Translations under genes and position numbers: made by a program
From: Microbotryum violaceum
Lineage: Eukaryota
Reading direction: 5' to 3'
Assembly: GCA_001244265.2 (NCBI GenBank)
Contig: CDLV01000015.1
Coordinates: 744,001-808,000 of the forward strand
DNA length: 64,000 nucleotides
The notes under the pieces: model-generated
Told to the model about the DNA's origin: nothing
The model's database searches: none
The model's input: only the letters and a program-made list of their open reading frames with translations
Shown here: positions 25,148-38,932 of the stretch, piece after piece
How positions within the stretch are numbered: position 1 is the stretch's first letter
How the letters are laid out: every line of letters begins with the position of its first letter

Positions 25148-25813
25148 ATGTCACGGCCGCATGCATCCTCGGTCGACGCACAGGACCCCTGGGGAGCAGG
25201 CGACATTGCCTCACCCCTCCACAGCACCCGCACCGTCGAGGCTCAGCCTGAGGACGATGACGACGAGTTGGACCCAGCCGAGATCCAGGAGAAGGAGAGG
25301 CTTGTCAAGTACGTGTTCAAACTGATCTCATAAGGCAGAGATGATCCCATGGCTGAACACGTCGCGACTATTCACAGGGACTTTACGACCAAGCAGGATG
25401 GGCTCAAAGGTGTGACTCACCGATCACTCCGGGGAAGAGGAGACACCATCCCGACGCGTGCCACACCGATTTACGTGTACCTACCCCGCACCTTCGCAGC
25501 TCTTATGGAAAGGATCTCGAGCGTCAATAAGGAAACTCAAAAGATCAAGTCCGGCAATGAGACATTGCAAACATGTCAGTCTTGCCGAACTGCAGATCCG
25601 ACTCGGGTGGGGAGGCGTAAACTGATTCGACCACTCGTGATCACTGACAGATATCGATAATCTGACGCGCAACAAGTACGTCCTTTTCGTGTTTGGTCGT
25701 GGTCGTACCGCCGTGGGGCAACCACGTCGTACCGATCGCTTCGTTACTCACCCCCCTCTCCTGTCTCGATCCACAGCGCCCAAGCCGCCGTCTCGGGAGG
25801 TGGCAAGCGGTAG
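25148..25813 (+). CDS. Short coiled-coil protein (SCOC/Slo1, DUF2205-like)
   Basis: Spliced product ...EIQEKERLVKDFTTKQDGLKALMERISSVNKETQKIKSGNETLQTYIDNLTRN... The (E)NxxLQxYIDNL motif is typical of SCOC/Slo1. Confidence 0.8.
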
Positions 25814-26445
25814 CACGAGCAATGCACCACTCGATTGTCGTCAGAGTCGCTCAAACAAGAATCCCATCTTGACCATATCGCATCAAGCTGCAACCCGAGC
25901 TCGAGCTCGACCCCACATCGTCAGCTTTAAACCTGATTTCGGCCAGTGCCCTCGACATCGACGTCCATCCTTATACCAGCGACTCTTACCTATGTATTAT
26001 TTTATTGCGCATGAGCGTCTCATTTGACATGTTGTAAGCAGATGACAGTTTCTAGCAGCTTCGAGCTCCCACGCCGCGCGGTTCCAACGGGAGCAGATTT
26101 CTCTTCCCTAGTACTTCCGAGGGCCCTACCCCTTGTAAAGGTGTACATCTTCGTGATCGGATCATGGAACGTTCCCCAGTCATTGCTCAAGAATGAGTCC
26201 AAGCAAGCTGGCCCTGATTTGAACACTTTTTGCAAACTCGTCCGAATCGTCCAACGGTCCGATCCGATCGCGCGCCGAAAGCTCCCTCGAGCCGAGCGAG
26301 GCGGTTCGGCGGGGTCGTGCACGACTCGGCCTCCACCCGTCCCGGCCCGCGTTCTTTTTCTGATCGTCCACGACGACGACCACCTCTCTCGTTCTTTCAC
26401 CTCCACTCCCAACTTCCACCTGGTTCCCTCAGCATTCACCAGGTC

Positions 26446-28252
26446 ATGGCTTCACCCGCTCCTCCAGACAAGTTGCCCGCGTTCGACAACTCGATCGGCG
26501 CTTTCGTGAGTCCCGGGTTTGTGCCGAAGCTGCCGTTCAGAACCAAGGCTGCGTCGGCGCGAGTATGCACAGCTGAAATCTTCGCACCAACCTCCACTCC
26601 ACCCCTTCTCTTCGCTCGCTTTCCAGTTGATCGGGACCTTCTTGGCCGTGTTTCTCGTGAGTTCAGCTCGGTGGATTGAGTCAAGTCGTACGCTCAGCCT
26701 GGCTGATCTACCTCACCCTGTTATCTCGTTTCAGGGCGGTGTTACGCAAGTGCTCCTTAACATCGCAGCCCGGCCGTATCGCCCTGACCTACTTGTGTTG
26801 ACTTCAGCGATCGCATCCTTCCTCCTTGTACAGTACTACTCAATGCTTTACGTACCACCTTCGCTTCCATCGCACCGATCGTCTCGTGTACAAGGTCGTC
26901 GTCTACGGCTTGTTCGTGCTCGATACGATGCATTCGGCGTTTTGCTGGTGAATTTACCGTCGGGGTCCCTGAAACTTGTTTGGAAAACTCTGACATGGCA
27001 TTTATACTCCATTCTACTCTTGCATCATCCCTACTCTCTGTAGCATGACCATCTACTGGTGGGCCGTGACCCACTACACCGACCCCGCCGTGCTCTCCAT
27101 CAGCCCCTGGACCTTCACCGTCGATCCAGCCGTGACCGCGACTGCGACCATCATCTGCCAGGCCTTCTTCGCGTACCGCATCTACGTCATATCCGGTCGC
27201 AGTTTTTTCGTGCCGGTGCTTATTATGACGCTCAGTGTATTGCAATTCGGTGAGTGCGGTGGCTTCTTTCCCAAACCGAATAAGGTCCGGCACTCAGAAC
27301 CTGAGGAGCCCCCTCGTCACCATAGGCTTTGGTGTCGCCTCAAGCTTCATGATCCACTTCCTCGACAGCAAGTTCTCTCGCTTCCACGAGTTCACCTACG
27401 GTGTGGAGACCTGGCTCTTCTCTGCCGCGTGCGCAGACATCCTCATCACCATCTTTCTTGTCTACTACCTTCGTCGAGCGTCCAGCACGATCGAATACTC
27501 CAAGACGCACACCGTCATCGCGAGGATCATCCGTCGTACGATCGAGACGAACGCTTTGACCATGCTTGTCGCCGTGACGGATGCGATCCTCTTCAGCACT
27601 GGCCCCGGATTGGCGTGGCACGTCATCCCCAACTTCTTGTTGGTCAAGTTGTACTTCAACTCGCTGTTGGTCTCCCTCGTCAATCGGCCTTCATTGACGA
27701 CGCCGAATGGGAGTGATCAGTTTTTGGGGCATGGAACGGATGGGGAGGCGGGAGTTGGAGATACGAGGTGGTCAGGATACACGACCTCCCTCAAAGGTGG
27801 TTCACCTATCATCTCCACCGGAGGTTCGAGCTTTGCGACGGCAGTTCATCATAGGCCTCAGATCACGGTACAGACGCAGTAAGTTCCCTTGCTGGTGTCG
27901 GTATACGTAAAACTCCACCACCAGTCGAGTTGGGCTCATACGTTATCACCCACAGATCCGTCATCGAATGCGAGAAAGCGCACCCCTACACCCAGGCCGC
28001 CGCCAATGCGGTCAGCGGAGGAGCGATGCTCGAGTCCTCGCCGATCGAGGAAGAAGAGGTCAGTCTCGTTCTTCACCCCAGCCCACCACTATATAGAGCA
28101 CTTTCTGATCTGGAAATCGATCCAAACAGCGTTTTGAAGCTCTTCAACCAGGCTCGAACCCGGCCAGTCCGACCACGGCGAACGCGAATACGGACACGAA
28201 CTCGAATGGTCGTACCGGCTCTCGTATCCCGCTCTCATGGGCTTCGCGCTGA
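26446..28252 (+). CDS. Multi-pass membrane protein, DUF6534-type basidiomycete family
   Basis: DNSIGAFLIGTFLAVFLGGVTTTQCFTY, LDTMHS, QAFFAYRIY, WLFSAACADILIT, IIRRTIETNALT and KLYFNSLLVSL, with about seven hydrophobic segments. Confidence 0.8.
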
Positions 28253-29541
28253 GCGATTCAGCACCAAAATCTAGGCCGAACGCTTCGGTCAACTTTCGTT
28301 TTCTTCCCCGTCTTTCGTTGCCTTCCTGTGATCCTATGTTCACCACATTTCTTCCGCTCTTTTCCTGTTGTTATTCTCCACCCCTGCACTCTCATTTATG
28401 CTTGATCAGTGACTTCATATTTTTTCGTTCCTTCCTTCGCATCTCAATCTTCTAGGGTCTCGAAGTCACGAGTATCCCTGATGCAACTGCATTGCAATTT
28501 CATGAATGTTTTGACAAATTTATGCTCTCGAAAATAAGTTAAAGAATGCGACCCTTGCTTCGTCTTTGAAGCTGATGTGTTTGCGCAGCACGCTTCGCTA
28601 ATTGCCGAACTCGGAAAGAACGAATCCGTTGAATACAAAATGCTTAAAGTGCTGTGACAAACCGGCGATGTTTTTTTGGTCCGGTTTACTCTCGACGTGC
28701 ATATCCCTCACTCTGGGTCATGACACTCGGAGGGACGCCTGTTATCACCTATGGACATGTAAGCTCCAGCCCGTTGCGCCGAGCGTAAGGACCTCACCAC
28801 AGAAGAGCGTCACCTTATCCACCTTATCCTCCCTAGAATTATCGTCCCATCCAATGTCTCGTTTAGAATTCAAGTTTCGCTTCCTTCAGACCTTGCCGGG
28901 GACCGCTCTCTTTTTCAAGCTTGACAGCGTACGTAATCGTAAGCCCGCAGCGAAGACTTCTCAACGATGGAAAAAAAGGCCTTGCACCTGCCCCCATCTT
29001 TCCAACTTGTTTCATCTTTTCAGCTGTTCATTTTCGGACACGTCGTCTGTCTTGAGAGAGGAAATTTGATCTCGTAGAGAAAATAAAGAGTCAGATGCTC
29101 AGACACCTTCCCCTCTCGATCGGGCTGCGCATCCGACCCAAGTTCCGGATCAGGCAAACCGCCTTACTTTCTGAAGGTCACGAAAAATTGAAGCAACCCG
29201 ATAAAATGCTCTCTCTTAAAGAAAAAACTCCGGTACTGAATTCGGTGGGAGGCACTTGTTGGATTGGAAGAGGGGCCTAGCTTTCAAGCGAGAACTGGTC
29301 CAAGTAGGTGTGCTCGCAGGTTGTTGGGCTTGACTCGACGAATGCGAGACAAAAGTTCCGAAGTGATAGAATAGTATTAACATGGCACGAATTTTAACAA
29401 AAAAAAAGAACCGGAAGGTAGCAAAAAATGAATGTACAACTTTTCTAACCAAATAAGTGCAAGCAAACGAACGAAATAAGTTCCTCCAAAATCACGACCG
29501 CCCGAGTCTTCCCCCCCCCCCCCACGCCCCCTGGGAGCTTC

Positions 29542-32500
29542 TTAGCACCCAATCTCCCCCGCGACTTTTTGCAAACACCCCAACGTTAATTTCACTACAT
29601 CTGTATCCTGACCTTCCTCATACTTCACCCGTCCAATTCGACCCAATTGAGTACCCTCGGGAAGACCAGACAAGCCTTCGTCTTCAATGCTTGAAGGGTC
29701 CGAATTGACTATACGTCGATACGGGATGTAAGCTGAGGTGATGGACGGCGAAACGATGGAGAGGGATAACAACGCCGTTAAGGAAGGGTAGAGTTCGTAA
29801 AGGTGTCCGAGAGGGGAACGTAAGAGCGCCGAACGGATCAATGAAGGTCCGCCGGAGGGTGAGTCGAGGGTTAGGGGTGGTGGTACGAGCAAGGCTGAGG
29901 TCGGGTCGGGTTGCGTGGAGGAGAAGAGCGTACCCCCACCGATGCGGAGAGTGGTGAGATGTTGTAGGACAAAGGTCAATTCTTCTTGTCGGATGCTGTG
30001 AGAGAAGATGAGGAGATGCAGGTCAGCAAGACAACGCTGTGATTTGTGGCCGAAGGTCGCTTGGACATACCGAGGGAATGGCATGCGACCTCGCAGTGGT
30101 GCATCGACGATATAAGTCTTGAGCACCGCCGAGCACCGATTCAAAAGCGAAGGCAAGCACAGTGCCGCGATACGACGTCGCTCCACGATGTGATCTGCAC
30201 GTCGACAAATTTCATCATCAGAGCAGGCTATCGCTTTGTGCGTCATTGAAAACGTACCTGAGGCATCCGCTTCCGCGCACGTCAAAAAGAGCAACTCGAA
30301 GCACCAATAAGCGAATCTCTCCCTCCCCACTCCGACGCATTCCGCCGTCGTGCCATGCATCTCCCCCGTTTGAGCTTGTCGATCGAAATCGTTGTCGAAG
30401 CGCGTTTCCTTCATGGACGAAGCGGTTGAAGAGAGTTCATCGTCGACGGAACGCATTGAGGACCTTGAGCGGGAGGAAGGGTCTTGGTCGTTCGTAGGAT
30501 CAATGAGATCGAGTTCGTACAACCTACTTGCTTGCTGTAACGACTTGCCGAGGCGTCGAATGAGATCATCCGGAACGAGCGCGTGCCCGATGAACGGCAG
30601 AACGTCCTGTTCGATCGTCGCCAACAACGCCAGATCAAAGTTTTCCTCGGAATGCAAGTTGACTCGTTTCGAACTCGCAGAAACGTGCTGAGCCGACTCG
30701 GCGAGTAAAGCGCCTCGGAAACCATTGACGATTTGGCGCCAGACCCCTTCATAGTGTTCGACGAGGACGGAATCGCCAAAAGACCGAAATGCAGCGACGC
30801 AGTCTTTGACGGCTTTCAGAAAGTTGACCGTGGCGGTTTTCCACAAAGGTTCGGCTGAGCTGAACTTGGCTGATGCGGGACAGTCGTGCTTGAGACGCAG
30901 CGGGATCGCATAAGCCTGTCGCAAAACGGTAAAAACAATCAGTAGCTGCCAAGTCGAACTAGAGTCCAAGTACCGCTTACGGCCAACATCATCTCCACCG
31001 CCCCCTGATCATACACCGTCACATCCTCGCGATACCTCTGATAAAGCCAATACACGTGCGGCATCACCTCCTTACTCAATGCGACATAAGTGATTCTCTG
31101 CGTCGGACGACCTTTACTCTTGGCTCCCATCATCGCTTCAGGCTCTCTATCGAAGGACGCAACGAACGCGTAGGTGAGGTATTCGGAGAGGTCCGAGAGG
31201 ACTGCCGAGGCTGCACCGGGTACTTCGAGTTTGATCACGGCTACGACTTCAAGGATCGCGGCTTGGAGAGGTGTCAACGAGTCGATGTCGGGGCGGAAAT
31301 CGGGGGATCGCGAATAGGTCAAAACGACTTTGAGGATCGCGAGGAGGCGGAGGATACGGGGTAGGTCGAAAGTGATGTAGGGTGGCGTATAGATGGGGAG
31401 GATGACGCGCACGTAAGCCTCGAGATTGACTTGCGTGTACGCTTTAGCCGAGTGGGAAGCCGAGGGAGCAGCGGCGATCGCATGCCCAATCTCGTCCCAT
31501 GCGGTCCAGGCGACTTCCCACGACGACGAAATTCTTGACGCCTCGTTGCCATCCAAAGAAACGGACAGGACCTTCTCCAAAGCATGCATCGCCGCCGTCG
31601 AAGCTTGCGGTCTATCCTCGATGAAGCTTCGTTTGAGCAAAGCGACGAACATCGCCCAGGTCTCTTCGTACCGAACCGTTTTGACGACCAGAGGGAGGTA
31701 GTCGAAAAAGACGTCGCCCATCGATTTGAGAGCGAGCGTCTTGGAGTCGTCCCATTGTTTATCGACGAGGCGTATTGGAGGACCATTCGATTGCGAGACG
31801 AGTTCGTCGCCAGGTCCACCTTCGCTGGTCCCATTCAACGCCATTCGATCATGCATCTGGATCGAAGCCGACACATTCTCTACAAGAGGAAATACCACAT
31901 CCCAAAGCGTCGCATCCCACGTCGCTTTCGAAAGTGTCGCGCCATACAACGAGATCGATCGGAAGACCGTCGTGATCGCACCATCCCTCGCCTCTTGCCT
32001 CGGATCCTGACAGAGAGCCAAGAGTTGCTGCAAGAGGAAAGCCCACAGCTCACCATGCGCGACTTCCATCGATCCTTCTTTCCGCTTCGCTTGCAAGTGG
32101 TCCGATACACCCCATAACAAGCCCCCGGCCGTGAGAGCAACGTTGACATCGTCTTTTTGCTTGCCGAAATCGGTCAACGTGCCGATACAATCCCTTAGTT
32201 CGTCGGTCGTGAGTGCGCCTAAGAAGTCGGTGCAGATAAGCTGCAGCGAAGGGAAGCTCGTTCGCACAAGTACAGAATTTTTGGACGACTTGGTCACGCT
32301 CGGTTCGATTCGATGGTCCGTCGTCGTCGAACGTCGAAGCGGGGAGAAAGTCGACATGGACCGATCACCATCTTCCGAAATTGCATCCAACCCCGACGAC
32401 GACATCCCATCCGGTGGCACCGTCGGCGATGGTGGAGGATGTTGCAAATGCGACGGACACGCCGTTCGGAGGACATGAAATATCCTCTCCCAACCGGCGA

Positions 32501-35500
32501 TGAAAGAATGGCCATCGTTCTCGAGAATCTTGAACAGTGTATCCAGGGCCATGCGACGAATCTCGATATCCGTCGATGTCTGGATTCGCATATGAGGTTC
32601 AGCTTGTTCGGCCAAAGCAACGAGGACCTGGGTCTGGACTCGACGTTGGAGGGTGTCCTCGGCCGTAGCGATGTTCTTGGGTGCAACGAGCAAGATGGAA
32701 TCGAGCACTTCGGCGGCTTGTAAGCGGATCGTTGAAGGGGCGGGGGTGTGGTGTAGGACAAGCAAAAGATGCGAAGTGACGAGGTTCCAGCCCAATTTCG
32801 CATCGCGGTAGATCAATCGATGAAGATTCATTAACGCGATCACCCCGAGCTTGCTCACGCCGAATGACGTCAAGCTGAGACGTTGAGTCGCCAACGCCGT
32901 GATCCCACTCGAGAGGCGTCTCGCACCACCCGAGACGCTCTGACTCGTTCCATCAAGAGGGGTCGCCAAGGCCGTCCCGAATGTATTGGCGACTTGACCG
33001 TCCTCCGTCATAGGGATCCCATTCATCTCCCCGTCCAGACGACAAAGACTACCGACGAACCACTTGAACGCCTCGTCGTCGAGCGCCTTGGACACCTCAA
33101 ACAGCTTCGTGATACTCGCTTGTACGGCCTGCTCGTCCGCCTCCGTGGGTTGAACAGGCAACTTCGAAATCGACGCAGCACCCGAAGCGCCAAAGTTGCT
33201 CGAAGTCGGCGACATGGGTGTCGAAGAATTTGCGGCGTTGCCTCGAGGAGGTGTCGCAGGTGGTGCGGTCGGCGCGGCCCTCTTCTTGCTATTGCGAGTC
33301 GCATTGGCTTTGAGGATGTAGTCGGCGTTCTGCAACGTCTCAAAAACGGCATACCAAGTCGCATCAAGACTTCCGGCAAGGTATTGCGCGACGCTCATCA
33401 ACGCCTTCAAGCAGGCGAGATTGCGCGTGCTCAGCCCCACAGGCAAAGCCACAGCCTGAGACGTGAGCCCTAATGACTCTGCACCGATCGCGAGTACCGA
33501 CGCCGCGGTCTTGGGGTGGGCCGTACTCGAGTCCTGGGAGGCCAAATGCGCGACGACCGTGGGTGGGATCGCGAATTTGCACAACGACGTCAAGAACGCT
33601 TCTCGGGGGGTCGTCAAGCCCAGTACCCCGCACACGGAAGTGAAATTTTGCAACGAGGTAACGACGTCGGTGAAGAGGTCGTCGTCGAGGTTGGTCCCGA
33701 TGAAGAAGGAGAAGGAAGCGAGGAATGCGGGCCACGAGGTCTCGGCCATGTCCTTGACGGTCATCAAAGCCGCGATCTTGGGTTCGGATCGATCGAGCGA
33801 GTCCCACGACAGGGCACCCGGAGCCGTGGCGTGGGTGGACGAACTCGAGGACGAGGATGAAGCTTCGCTGCGCTGCTGTTGAGCGACGATGGACGAGTAC
33901 GCCGAGAGTGTGTAAGTTGCGAAGCCATCAGAAAGCGAAGCGAGGCACTGCAGAGCCAGGAGGAAGATGTACGTCTCCGGCATCGGTGGTGCCTCGGCTT
34001 TGTCGAGCTGATCGATGCACTGAAGCTTGAGCGTCGAAGAAGCGATACTCAATCCCGGTAGGTTTGCTTGACCTGCTCCTACGCTGCTACCGACGACGTT
34101 GCCTGCAACTTGGGCAAGACCGAGCCCCATCTCCATCGCCGAATCGAGCATTGCCGCCGCGCCACCCATCGCTCCCGACCCGCTTGCGCTCGACGATCCA
34201 TGATTCGATCCGACGTAGGGTTGAAGGGAGCTCCCATAGACAAGGGCAGCACCATGCCCCAGTACATGGGGTTTCTCCGTGGCCAGTCGATTCAGCGCCG
34301 TCATCAGATCGTTGAAGATGCTCGATGCGCCACCTCCCGCTGTCCTATTTCTGTTTTGGGCGTCGTAGCGTTGAAAGAACTTGGTCATGAGCTCAAAGTC
34401 GCCGCAGAGACCACGGAAGATCTCGAGCGCGAGCACGCGCATCCATAGCGGTGAGTTGCCACCGCCAGGTCCAGAGGGGTGACCTCCTTCGCCTTCACCC
34501 TTGTCGCCGGGACCGATGACGCGGATGAACATGGTGAGGAAGATTTCGGATTCGAGGGTGAGCAAATCGGCGAATTGCTTGAGCAGGAGGAAGACGACGC
34601 GAGTGAGGCGAAGGGTGAGCGGGAAGGAGAACGTCGGCAATGACGATGCGGAAGAAGCTCCAGAGGAGGGTGGGGACGACAGGAAGCGGATGAGCAGAGG
34701 ACAGAGGTGGGCTCGCAGAACCAACAAAAGTTCGGGGTGCTGTGAGACGAGTCGCACGTGAGTAAGCGTGCTGGCACACTACGAAATGGCTCATGGAAGA
34801 CCTCAAACTCACCGTTCGTACGACAGGTCCAAAGCTCGACACGATACTCTCGACGAGTTCAAGACCAAACGTCCGACTGAGACTGGTCCAGCGCAAGAAA
34901 GAAGGTTCTCCCTCTGGCCCTCCCTCGGCCGAGCCAGAAATCAGCAGACACAGATCCTCGAGCAGGAGGTAGGCATCCCTCGCTGCGGGTCGGAGGGTGA
35001 TACTCGTCGAGCCTTCACCGAAGGCAGCTGATTTGCCCGAAGCCATTTCCGGGTGTTGAGGTGCCGCCGCAGCATCATGCTCCGAAGGAGGTACGTCGAG
35101 ATTGAAGGAAGGCCTGGGTAGGGCGGCCAAGAGCGCTGGGTCTTTGCTTGCTTCGGCGCGGGCGACTTGGGCATCCTCTTCGCCGACGCGCTCAAAGACA
35201 AACATGAACATCTGCCGCAGCGTAGCCGATGCGCTCGAGGCGACGACGGGTATCTTGGAGGTCGACAAACGATGAGAAAGTTCGAGGGTCTGTGGGGAGG
35301 GATCAAGGGTGCGGGGATGAGCTCGGCGGTCCCAATCTCAAACGCTCTGAATGATGAGGTACCTGTCCCAGTATTTCCCCCTGCACCAAATACTCTCCTC
35401 GCCCATCGAGGTGGGATGGATTGACAGTCGTCGTCAAGAGGGATACGAGGGTCTGCAACACCTTGAGTTGGATCTCGACGCCTTGAGGAACGACTTGCTC

Positions 35501-36183
35501 CAAGGTCTCGAGGATTTGTTTGACCAGGGACTGCGATATCCAAGTGCGCACGGTCAGTACGGTCTTTATTCAGGAAGTGTAGAATGACTGAATTCAGGTA
35601 CCTTGGGCACTGCGCCGGCGGATATGAGGCGCTGCAATGCCGAGACGGCGAGGGCGATGACCTTTACATTCTTGGTCGCTGCGGCAAGGAAGATGGGCTG
35701 GTACAGCGGCTGGGGTGCATTGCTCGATTCGGATCCTGGAGCGTCCATGAAATCTGAACGTCAGCTTGTGTGATCGGATGATCAAGACGAGTTGGCCTGT
35801 CTACGCATCGCTTGCTGCATGAACGGACCTGCTCCGAGTTGAGTCACGGCGTGGTGTTCCTTGTTCGTCTTGAGCAACTGGTGAGTCTTCTCTGCGGCCT
35901 AACGGGGCGTATATCGAATGCACAAGTCAGTCGCTGCTTCATGCCCGCCCAACCGGCCGACTGTGGTGCGCTGCACGTGCGAGGCCACCGCGCCTTCACG
36001 CCCGTTCGGCCACCACATCGCAGCACGCCGAGTGCACAAGCCACAGGCACACAGGCCACAGACACAACACACAGGCCACAGGCACAGGCCACGTACCTCT
36101 CGAACATCGGCGTGTCGGCGACCCGCTTCTTTGGATAGAGCAAGGAGGTCCGCTTGGAGCAGACTCCATGACTGCGACGACAT
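29542..36183 (-). CDS. MON2: Mon2 (Ysl2) Sec7-family scaffold for endosome/Golgi traffic
   Basis: LQADLLALSKEAGRRHADVRE, GVEIQLKVLQTL, VVASSASATLRQ, PLWMRVLALEIFRG, CIDQLDKAEAP, REAFLTSLCK and RERFAYWCFELL. Very long multi-exon frame. Confidence 0.95.
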
Positions 36184-36915
36184 TGTTCGCTGTCGCGCAC
36201 CGCCGGCTGGGGATCAGTGGCTGTCAGGGGGAAGAGGGGTGAGTGGTGGGGGCGGTGAAGCCGGTGAAGGGTGGGGGCGAGGCCGGCGAGGAGCGAGCCG
36301 AGAGACATCGGCGAGCGTCGGCGCGTCAATACTAAAGGCCAGAGGAATTTCTACAAGTCGTTTGGCCATCTCGCAGCGCCTCACAATCGGTTGAATCCAA
36401 GATATCTTCACACTACAAGAAATTCCGTAAAAATGTAGCGTAAGAGATCCCTGTTCCTGGTGTCGACTCGGCACAGAAACCGGACCAAATTCTCCGAATT
36501 GCGTCACATTTGGCACAACAAAGTTGATCCATCTGCAGGCTCGTAGAGGCAAGGCGACTATTTTTAAAGTTTTCTATGGCATCTACCAAGTGTACACGGC
36601 ATCAACGGCCGCCTTGAGGCTGAGCGCCGCTCGGACCACGTGCTGGATCTCGGCCGCCGCGCCACGAGAATCTACCAGAATCTTCGATTCGCTACGATGC
36701 GCTCTCGAGTCATTCCTCTCGCTCCGGTCTCTTTCCTCCCACTCGCAACAACCACACCGGTCAAATACGTCCTACACGCACATTTCCTAGCTTGTGCACA
36801 CATCTCAGATCGTTTCCCCCACCGCTTTCGCACGTTCCCCCACTCGTTACTCGCCACCACCACACGCCCCGCTCTTCCCTGCTGACGTGTCACCTCCCCG
36901 GAAGTTCTCTTCATC

Positions 36916-38100
36916 ATGACGCGTTCCCAAAGAATCAAAAGTAAGCTTTCAACACCATTTCCCTATCTTTTCCTCACTTGCCCGCGCGTTCTCACACCCT
37001 TACACCGATCCTACAGTGACCTCCCTCAAAGCTCTCACTCTCCACTCCGGTCAATCGACCAATTACCGTCGCACTTCCCCCGTACCTCAACTCACCTGCC
37101 TAGGAAAGGAATGTCGTCGGTACGAACCGGACGTCGTACAATGTACTGCCGTAGGCGAGGATGGTGCCGGCGGTTTGGAATGGAGTTGTACGGCCGAATT
37201 ACCGAGCGGTGTGAGATTCGGTACGGTTGAAGTAGGTTGTGAAGGATGGGAAGGTCCTGACGATCCTTACATCCTCAGAGGTGAGTTAGGATTCCATCCC
37301 CGCGTCCTCTGAGACTTGGTAGGAAAATGACTGACGTGGCAAAAAAAAACTGAAAAAACACTTCCCCTCGATCACGTGATCAATTTCCTTTAGGTTCGTG
37401 CGGACTCACTTATGAACTCGTGCGTACCTCCCCCGCACTCGAGAACGGTTATGGGTACACCAACCCCCTCGCTCAATACGGTTCCAAATCATGTAAGCAC
37501 CAAAAGTCGATCCCCTTCTAGAGTCCGGAACCTCCAAGTTGACAATTTCTCCAATCGTTTCGATTTTTAGTCTACGACGCTTTCTTCAACATCGCTTTCA
37601 CTGCAGTCACACTTTTCGTCCTCTATCGTCTCTTTATGAGTTGGTACAATCGTAGACCTGCAACGCGCGGCGGTGGAGCAGGAACACGTTCGAATCGAGG
37701 TGGTTGGGGAGGTGGGGGTGGATGGTGGCCCGGAGGAGGTGGTGGTGGAGGTGGAGGAGGAGGTGCGGGAAGTGGTCCACCCCCTCCTTATTCTGCCAAA
37801 CCGGACCCGGCAACTACAACTTCCCAAGGATGGCGACCCGGTTTTTGGTCCGGTATCGCAGCGGGTGCACTCGGAGCCGCAGCGATGAATCAACGTGGTG
37901 GGGCAAGGTCAAGGTTTGACGAACAACGTGATTTTGAGAGGTATCGCGATGGCGGTTGGGATAGGGGGGTGGGAGGAAGTGGGAGTTGGGGATTCGGTGG
38001 TGGTGGTGGAGGTGGAGGAGGTTTGAGAAGTCGTGATTCGGGGAGTGAGATGGGTTCTATGAGGGCCAGTACAGGATTTGGAGGGACTAGGAATAGGTAG
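36916..38100 (+). CDS. SARAF / DUF1183 family membrane protein
   Basis: RRTSPVPQLTCLG, YEPDVVQC, EWSCTAELP, VEVGCEGWEGPDDPYILRGSCGLTYEL, one TM segment, PPPPYS, GWRPGFWSG and a STGFGGTRNR end. Confidence 0.92.
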
Positions 38101-38491
38101 AACATAGGGGGGGGGGGGAGGGGATGCTGGAATGGAGATCATCGCCTCTCGAAACAGGCGGACCGACTGTTGCTGGGTGCACAAGGACGAACGCTCGAGT
38201 CGACTGCGCAGTAGACAAAGCGTCGCAATTTCCTCCTTCAGACCTCAATAACAGAAGCAAGAGGTTAAAAGCCACGAAGACTGAGATTTCAGTGGGCACA
38301 GACACAAGCACGACCGGAGCTATCACATATGGGCATCTACTCTTTCGAAAAGTGGAAGGTGACTGGCTAGCAGGGCATCGACGGTGTGTGTGAGGGGGGT
38401 TTGGCTAAGATGCGAACGAACAGACCAGAGTGGTATAAAAGATGAGAGCGAAAAACGTTGTCGAAGATGGGACTTGATCGATTATCGACTC

Positions 38492-38932
38492 CTAAGCGGA
38501 CTCGACCTCTTCGACCTGAGCAGTCCTACGAACTTTGACGAACTTCTTCTTGCAACCCGGACCCACGCCATAACTCTGCGACTCGTACGAACTGTATCCA
38601 GGACCAGTCGCGACGTACGGACCTCCACCCACATAAGCACCCGCATTGATGCCGACGCTGGAGCCGATGACTGGACCACCGAGCACACCACCAAGGACGC
38701 CATTGACGATATTACCGGCGGTGTTGAGGGCGGCGCCGACCACTCCACCGGCCGCGAGGACGGGGCCGGCTCCGACGAGCAAGGTGCGCTTTTCGACGGC
38801 TTCGGTCGAGGGGACAGATTCGAGGGAGCGCTCGACCGTGACGGAGTCGACTTGGGGGGTTGCGGTCGCGGAGACGAAGGTCTGCAGCGCCCCAAGCAAG
38901 AAAAGGGCTTGGACGCGGGCGGAGAACTTCAT
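38492..38932 (-). CDS. Small secreted Gly/Val-rich protein with signal peptide and Kex2 site
   Basis: 146-aa ORF. Signal MKFSARVQALFLLGALQTFVSA, pro-region ending EKR, Gly/aliphatic mature part. Related to the genes at 41647-43341 and 59396-60671. Confidence 0.85.
   Translation of the reverse strand: MKFSARVQALFLLGALQTFVSATATPQVDSVTVERSLESVPSTEAVEKRTLLVGAGPVLAAGGVVGAALNTAGNIVNGVLGGVLGGPVIGSSVGINAGAYVGGGPYVATGPGYSSYESQSYGVGPGCKKKFVKVRRTAQVEEVESA

Noticed and set aside
36040-36092. ACAGGC(C/A)C repeats
   Set aside because: Low-complexity sequence inside the first MON2 intron with no evidence of function.
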